A DNA stretch of 64,000 nucleotides. Origin: Guillardia theta CCMP2712. Lineage: Eukaryota > Protista > Cryptophyta. Shown here in pieces: positions 10,282 to 20,769 of this stretch (position 1 is the first letter of the stretch; each line of letters starts with the position of its first letter). The notes under the pieces were generated by a model. It worked only from the letters and a program-made list of their open reading frames with translations. It did not search any database and was not told the origin of the DNA. Where the stretch lies: NCBI RefSeq assembly GCF_000315625.1, contig NW_005434610.1, positions 235,698-299,697 of the forward strand. Reading direction: 5' to 3'. The position numbers were made by a program, and so were the translations under genes.

Positions 10282-12761
10282 GATTGAAAATCAAGGTAAA
10301 TTTTATATGATAGAGTTTCTTTGGTAATTTCTCTCGAATTTTTTGTTTTGTTTTTCTTGTTTGTAGAATCTCAGGATGTGAATTCCCGAAATTGCAAATT
10401 GACTATATACACGATTCAGTTCTGAAATTGTTCTGCACAGAAAGGTGCTGACTGAAATGAAAATTGTTCCAATAAGATACAACTTGGAAATCCGAATAAA
10501 ATTCTATTTCTTCTTCTTGATACCAAGAACGGCAGAGCACAGCAGCTGTAAACTATATCCTGCCTTGAGAGGGGTGAAGAAACCCCACGTTTTGTGTGAG
10601 ATCAAAAGTACATGTTATAAGAAGTCGGCGTTTCGCGCACTCGCACGATTTGCCGTATTCCTAATATGACATAGGATTCATTTCAGTTGCACATATAGTT
10701 CACTTGGAACGAATGCCACAAGATTCGAGGAGGGGGTGCGGCCCCTGCCGCAACCCCCTTGCACTTGTTGTCAGTCAAAAAGTTGCCTCTATTGGCAACC
10801 TTAGCCAACCTGCCGAGGAGAGACTGCAGGAGATCTGTATGGCCTTCTTTGGGAACAACTCGAACAGATAGACCGGTGATTATTACAGTCAGTTGCAAAA
10901 CAGCTCAAAACTGGTCCTCCTCGATTCAATCATCCAATGCTTTCACACCGTCTGAAAGAGTCGGAAGGGTAAGAGAGTTCGAAGAAATCACTCAGACTGT
11001 GTGAACGAAGCTCACAGACAGAACAATAATCCTGTAGGTTCTCGAAAGAACCGAAGCAACTCAAACCCTGTCCTCACAGAGCCAACAAACCAGACTTGCG
11101 CTGCCTTCCACAGAACGAGTGTAAGACAAGAGAGATATCCGCTGAGGACGTCAAGACTGGCAGTGGTAGCTGCCAGTGTGCCCAACAAGCGCGCGGGAGA
11201 GGATTGGAGACGCCGCCACGGCGGGGTATGAGAATGCAGAGCGAACAGGAGTGAGTGCAGATTGAGGGGGTAGGGGTGAGGACCCCCTGGTGGGGTAGGT
11301 TGGACGTGGCAACTTTTCGTACCTTCGAAATATTTCGTACGTTTGCAATTACGGTACAATAAATCTGTATTGATGAAATTGATTTCAATAGTGTTTTCAC
11401 TACAATTAATAACAACTAATATCTCTTTGGTACAGATGCGGAGATGATGTGTACCATAAGTTTTGACCTTATTTTAGGTAATTTATGGTAGTTACATTTG
11501 TATGTAGAATTATCTTTGTGGTAATAAAAATGAGTACAAAAATTACTACATCGGACTGCACAATTGTACAAAGTACGGTGGTACAGCCAAGAGTGCGAGA
11601 TTGCTCTGGAATACGGGGAGGGTGTGTTGACCTCTTTAAAACCATAAAATTTAATATCACAATTTGCAAGATTTCTTGGTAGCACATGTTGGTCTAAAAA
11701 CACATAACTTTGAGTATCCGTATGGATATGTGGTAAATTTAGATTTATTTGTATTTATTATGACAAAAATAAAAGCATTTGTATATGATCAAATGGGTCA
11801 ACACGATCAGAGTTACAGAAGAGTTGTTGATGAGCATCCACCCCCTTATATTTCCCTTATACTATCACCCCACCCACCCCTTCTGGATCACGTCGGCCTC
11901 CGATCAGATGTAGGACCGCGATTCTTTGGGTACCCCTACTCCCCCCGCCAGGGTCCCTACCCCATCTTCATCCTCGCCTCGAAACTAAAAGTACCTGGTC
12001 TTTTTCTTGACGTACCCCAGATTCGGGACCTCCACCCGTACTTGTTGGAGTATTGCAACCCGTGGTAGCCAATGGGGTCCTCAATAATCGAAAATATCAA
12101 AAAACAATTGTTTTAAACCAAATGTCATCTGCCACACCCCCACCCCCTGAAAGCCCTGCCCTCTTGGGCCATGAAGAAACACCCTACCCACGTCTGATCT
12201 ACAAAGGTTTGCACAAAGGGATGGGTGTATGGGTTCAACCACCCCTGTTGTAAACGATAATTTGGTTTTAATTAGACTAATTTTATTTCTGTACCATGAT
12301 TGGTACCATGGCAGGCTTCGGTATACAATCTCAGGGATCTCTTCCGGGGTCCTGTACAATCTCACTGTACTTCTGGCTGCCAAAAGAGGGGTTTTCATTG
12401 AATTGCAACTCAAGTATCAGGGGTATTTCTATATCCTTGAGGAGGTAGGGTACCACAACGCGGAAACTGAAAACCTCTATTTTCGAAAAATAGAAACAAG
12501 ATCTATTCCGGTGCAAAGGTACAATTTGGACCACCCCTACCCCTCATTTCAAACCTTTGGTGAATGCTCATCGTACCCACGAGCACATTCTATATATGGC
12601 TGTAAGTTCATCTTGCTGCCTTTCTTGTTATACCCCCACCTACCTTTTGTAGAGATCAAGTACCCGTTTATTAAAGAATCTAACTGAGGCGGACTTGAAG
12701 ACCTTCTCTCAAAAGTCAACAGCCGATCCTACCAGGAGAAATCTCTGTTCGATCGGCGCCA

Positions 12762-15597
12762 ATGGACACGACCCAGGCTGTTGCGAGAGTAACTCAAGCA
12801 ATGAACGAGTGGCTCCTCAAGGACGACGGGGTTGAAAAAGCACAAGCTTTAGTCCGTCTGAGACAGGCAGAGCATGATCTGGCTGTGCTTGAAGGAGCTG
12901 AGAGTGAATCTCCCACTCTTACCAGACTGCTTGTCAAGCTGAAGCATGCAGAGCATGCCCTGGCCAAACGAGGAGGAGACAAGCAGAAGGTTGCCGAGGC
13001 ACTAGTAAAGCTGAGGGATGCAGAGCATGCCCTGGCCAAACAAGGAGGAGACAAGGAGAAGATTGCCGAGGCACTAGTGCGGCTGAAGGATGCAGAGCAT
13101 GCCCTCGCAGTAGAGCAGAGGAGAGCACAGCATGCCCATGCCCAAGATGAAGGAAACCAAAAGAAGATTGCCTTGGCACTAGTGCGGCTGAGGGAAGCAG
13201 AGCATGCCCATGCCCAAGATGAAGGAAACCAGAAGAAGATTGCCTTGGCACTAGTGCGGCTGAAGGAAGCAGAGCTTCAAACAGTTGCCAATGGAGGACA
13301 GGGAGATCTTGATCGTCTTTCCAAAGAGCTCGAGACTGCAAGGCTTGCACTCCTCTCGCAGCAAAATGATGGAGATACAAGCAATTTCTTTTCGAGTGAG
13401 TCTGTACACTTGCCCGGAATGCTAAACCCTAACTCCATTGCTGGCAGTATTGAGCGAGTTTGCCAATCAAGTTGGCGATGTGAATCAGATTTCCAAGCCC
13501 TTGCAGGAATGCCTTGAAAAATGCCTGGACGCTCAATGGACGCCGACATCACCACGTGTGAAACCAAGCAAGCGATTTAGCGATTTGAACCCCATTAGCA
13601 TGCTGGTGAAAGGCAAGGAGAATACTGAGGAGTCTTACGTCTGCCTTATAGAAGCTTGTTCTGGGAGTGGGAAGTCGCTTTGCGCTGCTGATCACTTTGT
13701 TCGGAACGTGGACGACAGCATCTATTTTCTGTTCAGCCTTGTGGGGCATGACGGAGACTCCCAATTCAAGGTGCAACCCATCTACAGGCCTTTGCAACAT
13801 ATCACGCGACTGATCAACAAGGCACTCGACTGTGATCTTTGCAACTTGACAACGCGATTTGCCGGATCAAAGGAATCAGATCCTTTGACCGCTTTGAATT
13901 TCAACTTCGCTAAACAGTTGGCTAGGGAAGATCCAAAGTGGTATGTGCTGGGAGTCCTCGGCTGGATATGGCATGAGTTGCCCAATATTTCTCCAGTCTC
14001 TATAGCAGAGGCAGCTGAATGGAAAAGGCGGTGGGTGCTTGTGGACGAGGTGCTTCCTCCTCGTCACGACGATACTAGCTTCTTCTCAGTAATTGCTAGG
14101 CTGGTATTCTTCAAGAGATTGTTAGCGAACTCGCAAATCAACTGTATCATGTTAGGGACGAGCACTTTGGTCATGAATATCGTGCAGGTCTCGAATATAT
14201 CTGAACATAGTCGCCAGACTGGTCAAATGATGCTCTGCTTGACACATCGCTCTCTTCCGGAATGCATCTTGCCGTCAGACGGAGACGAAGAGATCCTGGT
14301 GAGGATTTTCGGAAGGACATCAGTACCTAAGATACTGGACTGTGGAAATCCAATGCTCTGCACCCTTTTCTTGTCTCAGTACAGATCAGCAAATGACAGT
14401 ATCAAGAATGCTGAGGCGCACGTTGTCCTCCGAAGTCTCTCAGCTTCGGTGTTCAATCATGTAAAGCATTCGCGCAAACTGAGTTGGAGCTGTGAGTCGA
14501 GATATTGCATGTTTCAGATTGCTGCACACGAAGCTGTCTCCCAGTTGCACATCTCCAAGGGTTTTGCTTCTCTGAACGTGTGGGGAAATGATCCGCCAGC
14601 CCGGAATAGCCATGCATCGACCGTAATGGTTGACTTGAATGAGGAAGGGATTCCTATGATTCGAGGTACCGCTCTTGCGCAGCTGACCTCGAGGTTTCCT
14701 CCTGCAATGCTTGATCCTATCACGACAGCTGTTGGTGCTGGAGGGGGGAGGCCTTTCGCTTATGTCTCAGCTCTTAAGGTCTTGCAGAAGATTCACCTGG
14801 AATCAATGTCCTCATATGACCCTCTGAGCGTGGATGCTTGGAGGCGAGATGGGAGTCTACTGGAGTCGTTCGGGGCGGTAGTCATGATGATCAGCAGCTG
14901 GTCTTCTCCTCAGGACCTGCTGAAGAACATCGCTTTTCATTGCGGTTTGGCAGATGACAGAAGTGTAGACGCTATTCTTGCCTCTGTAGCAAACAGAGAA
15001 AGCTTCGTGGAAATGCTTACCTCTTGCGTATGCAACCTAGTCCCTGTAAAAGAGAGCGATCAGGAGCATTGCGATTCCGCGGCTTTGGGCTTCTACACAC
15101 GGAACAAAGATAGCGAAGGCAGGGACGGGACTTTCGCGGGACCGGCTGTTCCAAACAAGCAGAGGTGGAAAGGTGGAGCACAGTTCAAGAACTTGTCCGA
15201 TCCCCTTCAACCGAGTCAGTTAAACAGCGTAATCTTCAAGCTGTTGTCGCACAATCTAGATGTCAATGTGTGTATGGTGTCGGAGATTTCACCAAGTGCG
15301 CATCAACTGGACTTCGTAACCAGAAGTTCCACCACCGAATGGCTATTGTTGCATCTGCGGAAAGGTAAAGGCTGGTCTGCAAGGGTTCCTCCAGTTGTGG
15401 AACCAAACAAGAAAAGAATGAAACGCACTGACGACGAAGGCAGGGCTGAGACGGGTACACGTAGGAGAATTCTAATGCTTGTGGAAGTGGGAATGCACAC
15501 CAGCCCATTCAGCGGTTCGGCTGGCCTCGATTCCAAAGGTGGTGCACCTGTGTCGGAGGAAGAACTCAGCGACGAGGACTTGCTCGTTCTGGAATGA
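12762..15597 (+). CDS. Crinkler/RHS (CR)-type protein: helical-repeat N-terminus, P-loop NTPase and PD-(D/E)xK-like nuclease; exons 12762-13395 and 13448-15597, about 927 aa
   Basis: A 52-nt phase-1 intron (GTGAG...CTAAC...CAG, 13396-13447) joins the two overlapping ORFs in frame. Walker A ACSGSGKS, Walker B WVLVDE, and CRN-like motifs QPIY, LGT, SR, FPP..DP, DG..LE, RDG..QFKN. NLS-like PNKKRMKR. Confidence 0.8.
12945..13275 (+). repeat. 72-bp (24-aa) coding tandem repeats
   Basis: AEHALAKRGGDKQKVAEALVKLRD / AEHALAKQGGDKEKIAEALVRLKD, and A(Q/E)HAHAQDEGNQKKIALALVRL twice. Each pair is near-identical at the DNA level. Confidence 0.9.
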
Positions 15598-15949
15598 TGC
15601 CGTGCACACAGCGTGAGAAACCGGGCGTGTATCTTCAAGATTGCACTCATATTTCAGTACCAATCTTGTCCCTCAGAAGAATCTCAACCAAGCTATCGAC
15701 TATCTCAATCCGATCCGATCATGAATGCAAACTTAGAGACATTTGAATCTAGGAGATGCTACCAGAGGGAACAGATAATGATAAAGTCCATATCAAATGT
15801 GTTGTGCCCTCAATCGTGTTGTATGAGTTACTTCGGAGAATGGATACTCCCGGAGAGCCTAAAATAAATCGAATCTGACTCCAGAAGATGTCTTCAGCTA
15901 CGTTCAATATTTACTTCTTACGCTTACACAATCGGATTCAAACACCATA

Positions 15950-17448
15950 CGAAAATTCCTAAACTTCCTCGGTCTGTGTTGTCTTATGGAACAACATCAG
16001 TACCATCGTCCACGTCATCAACCTTGTCGTCAGGGAGTTCCACACCTTGTTAGTCCGTCACAATTGTTGCGAGTCATCGAAAGTATCTGTGGCTTGAAGG
16101 CTTGGAGGTGCGACGTGATTGATCAAGACGTATGATCTGACCTCAGCTTTGAAGATCTCCCTTCCTCCGCCTTCCCCTGTCCTTCTATATGCTGTTTTAG
16201 GCTTGTCTTGGCTGTTGGACCTCTCGTTGATGCAAGCAATGTCGGTGAAGCACCAAGATGTCCATCATGGACATCACAACTTTCAAACAGATAGAGGCTT
16301 GCACCAGTCAAGCATTGCTCGATACATGTCAAGCTCGAGACTGTCGCCAATCCAGCTTCATCTGCAGGACATCCCAGCATTGAAGCCACATCTTCAATCA
16401 GTTTTCACCTCATTTGAAGATACCATGTGAAGATAGATTCACTGGTCTGAGATCAAATGACAACAAAGCAATTGATGTGATGTACACGAAAGCACTTTGA
16501 TATTCTCTAATGTTGCATAAGACGCGTTGCATACCCATGGATTTGCTAAGCCTCTTTACTCAAATCTGCTTCGTACATGAGCAGATCAGTTAGGAGCAGG
16601 ATCAAGAAGGAAGCATTACGCTCTGGGTGTTGCATGGTCCCTTCACTTAACTCATGTTCCAGTTACAATGAACACAGAAACAGAGTTAAGATGCACATTA
16701 CAAACCATTACATGTACTGAACAACTGCTGCTAAACTTCAAAGCAACGATGTCCACACTCCTCAGCTCAACTCGGTTTTCTCACAACTGTCGAGATGGTG
16801 TCAGAGTCGATCTTGTCCGAATTCAGGGTGAATAGGAAGCTTTCCTGGTTGTGCTCCCCGGTCAAGGCAGTATCCGTTTTGTGTAGCTCAATTTTGTTAA
16901 CCTTGCGTCGAGGAGAAGCCAATGATTGATTGGACGACTGCCATGCTGCAAGTTTACCTCCTTGCGTCGAGGAGAAGCCAATGATTGATTGGACGACTGC
17001 CATGCTGCAAGTTTACCTCATGAAAACTGTTCACCATCGGCGTCCTCACCATGAACACCATTGCACTCGAATCGCATGTTCGGACTCAAAACGCTTCCCT
17101 CAGTCCATCAAGTTCAACTTCTATCTCTCATGTTTGAAGGTCTTGACATCAATCTTCTTGCCTCACGATGTCAAGGACGAGACACACGGGGGCTACAGGC
17201 TGATCCGCATCGAGCGTCAGGTCCAAGGGCGGTGACTCGAACGTCCCTGAGCATGGGGAAGGGAGAAACTCGATCTCGCAACGTTTGGTAACTAAATTCA
17301 CCGGACAAGCGAAAATGGTTGGAAGCAAGTAAGGAGGGGAGGAGGACGATGGGGACGTCAAGTGATAGCAGTAGTGCAGAGCGGAGAAAGAAGAAGAGAC
17401 TAGGCAGCAGGAAAGACAAGCTCTAGTAGAACAACTATCTCCTGCCAT
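15950..17448 (-). CDS. Hypothetical multi-exon gene, model uncertain
   Basis: Short exon-like frames (e.g. VNKIELHKTDTALTGEHNQESFLFTLNSDKIDSDTISTV) separated by about 50-nt GT-AG segments, with a hydrophobic N-terminal frame. No recognisable domain. Confidence 0.4.
16902..17019 (-). repeat. Perfect 59-bp tandem duplication (GAG plus a 56-nt intron-like unit)
   Basis: Two identical copies at 16902-16960 and 16961-17019. Confidence 0.95.
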
Positions 17449-17649
17449 CTTAGCTTTGGAGGAAGCCAGGATTGACGACGCCCGAGGTTTTCAGTCCGTA
17501 AATTCTGTTCGCAAGGAGTACAGAGAGGAGATCTGCTTGCAATACCCCCGGACAATTGCTTGCATCTATGTACACTTAACATTCCCATGTGTGGATCATA
17601 CTATCGCCCTCCTTCGCTGCTTGCCGAGGAAATCCGCTAGGCATTCCGA

Positions 17650-20288
17650 ATGGGAAGGTTCCGGATCCCGATAGGGTCGGGATTCTTTCTCCTGCTCTTG
17701 GCTACGATTGCAGCATACGAGTCTTCGAAGCAGTCCTACAGCAATGAAGCAGCGGTCGCCTACAACAAAGGCATTGAATCATCGAGGGGAGGAGATCTGC
17801 ACGCAGCAGAGGCCCGCTTCCGGGAGGCAATCCGCTCCTCGCCCAAGTTCTTTGAGGCTTGGATGGGGCTTGCGCAGCTCCTGCAGGACAGTGGAAGGGG
17901 CAGAGAAGCAGAAGATTGCTACAGCAAGGCTGTGAAGCTCGTGCCCAACTCGGTGTCAGCTGTGAACGCGCTTGCATTTATCCACGTGGAGGCGGGAAGG
18001 CTGCAGGAGGCTGAGAAGAAGCTGAAACGAGTGAAGGAGATGCTTCCTGCCTCTGCGTCTGCCCTGCTCAACCTTGGAGCGATCCAAAGGCAGATGGGGA
18101 AGCTGGACGAGGCGATCAAGAGCTACGAAGCAGCGCGGAGGTTGGAACCAGACGAGGCTAAAGCATCCTACAACCTTGGAAACGCTTACTACTCCAAGAG
18201 GGAGTACGAGAGGTCGATCGCCAGCTACATGCAGGCAAGCAGGCTGTCGCCGCAGCATGTGGACACGTACAACAACATGGCGAACGCGATGAGAGACTCG
18301 GGGGACAAGCGGGGGGCTCGAGGGGTGCTGGAGACAGCGATGAAGATTGATCCCAACAGTGTGGCCGTGCTGTGCAATCTCGGAGTGCTGTACGCTGACC
18401 TGCAGGAGCTCGACAAGTCCTTGGAGGTCTTGATGGCAAGCTCTGAGAGAGGCGGGTAGTCAGGAACATGCGCAGGTACTGGAGCAAGCCCACAGGCTCG
18501 GACCAGACGTCCCGGAGGTCATCTGCTCAAGAGCAAACTCACTGCACTCGCTGGGAAGATCTGAGGTGTTGTTGTTGTTGTTGTTGTTGATGATGATGAT
18601 GATGATGATGATAATGATAATGATGATGATGATGATGATGATGATTATGATGATGACTGCAATGATGATCAAGTGTTTGAGAACGACAAGTATGTGATGA
18701 TGAGCGATGTCATGATAGTGAGTACGTGGTGAAAGTAAGGATGTAATGACGATGATGACAATTACAATGCTTGTTGGATGGGCGTGATGTGGAAGCAGGA
18801 AGGAATATCCGAGTACAGGAGAGTGGTGAAAGCATATCCTCTTGTCGCCTCCTACAGGAAGGGACTTGCAGGCAAGATCTCCTTCTATTACCTCTGCTGT
18901 ATTTCCTTCTCCTACCTGCGTGAATATCACTACAACATCACTATCATGCATACCACAATATGCTCCCATCATCGTCATCGTCATGATTTCCTTCATCGTC
19001 GTTCTCTTCCTCACCCTCTTCCATTATTGACCTACATCCTCTTCGTGTCCTGCAAATGCTGCATAAAAATGACGCTATTGTTTACCAGACATGCTCATGT
19101 CGGCTGGGTTTGATGAAGAGGTCAGCTTTACATCATCATCACCATCTTCATCATCATCTCCATCATCATCATCATCATCATCATCTCCATCATCATTATC
19201 ATCATCATCATTATTATCATCATCATTATCATTGTCATCATCATCACTCATGTACCATCTTTCACGATCCATGCGTTAGCTTGACTGCAGGCCATTCAAG
19301 AGTACCAAGTCCTTGCGCAGAGCAATGATCATGAAGTTGCGGCAAACTCCATCGGGCAGCTTGCAGCCTTACAGAACAAGAAGGGAGAGCACGGGGGGGC
19401 AGAGCAGAGCTACAGGAAGTCGATAGCTATGGACCCGACCAATGCTCAGATGAGGATGAATCTTGCTGTCATCTTGGCCGATCAGGTGGGTGAAGGAAAC
19501 CTGTCGTGGTTGAGGGAGAATGAGCGCTGGAAGGAGTGGAAAAGCGGGGGGGGGGGAGCTGGGGAGGAAGGAGGAGGAGCGTTTGGAGGGAGGTGGTGGG
19601 GAGGAGGAGCGCTAGCAGGGAGGAGGTGGGGAGGAGGAGCGCTAGGAGGAAGGGGGAGGGGGGGAGGGGGGAGTGCGAGAGTAAGCTGAAAGGGGGCGGA
19701 GGTTGAGTTTGACAGTGGACGGTGCAGCATCGCATTAAGGAATCTTTCGCTCTCTTCGAGGAGGCGATCGTCATGCGGTAAGACGCCGTGATATGCTGCT
19801 GAACTCGAATGATTGCAACAGATGTGGAGAGAGAGAGTGTGTGTGTATGTGTGTGTTGTGTAGAGGAGATCTCTTCTTGCTAGATGGTCAATTCTTGCTG
19901 GATTGCTAGATTGCATTGTTTCTCTCGTTCCTCGCTTCACTTCCCTTCTCGTCCCTTCCCTTCCCCTCACTTCCCTTCTCTCTTCTCCTTGAGGGTGAGA
20001 AACTTATCTCATACGTTGCTGCAGGCCGGCAGACCATCTCACCCTAAGTAACTTCGGGACGGTGTTGCACAGGACGGGAGAATTCGAAAGATCCGCGCAG
20101 TTGTACCAGAGGTGGGAGATGACGTAGACGACGACCACGACGATGATGATGGAGATGATGATGATGACGAGCACGATGATGATGGTGATGATCATGATCA
20201 TGATCATGATCATGACGATGATTACGATGACAATGACGACGACTATGATGATGATGATGATGATGACGACGACGACGACGACGACGAC

Positions 20289-20322
<34 letters not shown>

Positions 20323-20738
20323 GCTGTGGTAATGGTGGTACTCAAATCATGCAACGTAGGGCACTCCAACTTCTGCCAGGATCAGCTAATTTGCATTACA
20401 ACTTGGGGAACTCGTACATGGATATTGCAATCCAGGTCAGTTGCGGAAGACAACGGTGCTTGCTCTGAAAGAGTAAGAGTACATGTCTTCGAATCGCTCA
20501 TACCTCAGTGCAGAAAAACTATTCTCTCCTCCGATCAGCGATTCAAGAGTACACAGAGTGTCTATCGATTCAGGTGCAACTCTGCAAGGAACATCAGAGG
20601 TCGATGACGCTTGTTCAGGTCACTTATCCTGGTGCGATGAACAACCTTGGAAATGCGCTCAAAGAAAGCGTAAGATGCTAATAGTGACGGGGGGCGGGGT
20701 TGGTAGGGGAGCGAGGATAGACGAGGACGAGGACGAGA

Positions 20739-20769
<31 letters not shown>

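Noticed and set aside
13396-13517. Programmed frameshift or two-gene operon suggested by overlapping ORFs 12762-13517 and 13438-15597
   Set aside because: A canonical 52-nt GT-AG intron with a branch-like CTAAC joins them exactly in frame.
10300-16000. Intact transposon boundaries around the CR-like gene
   Set aside because: I found no terminal inverted repeats, LTRs or target-site duplication by eye.
16902-17019. CRISPR-like array
   Set aside because: Only two adjacent copies, no spacers, eukaryotic context and no cas genes.
17086-17088. In-frame TGA as selenocysteine or readthrough
   Set aside because: It can be removed by a plausible in-frame GT..CAG intron, and there is no selenoprotein motif.
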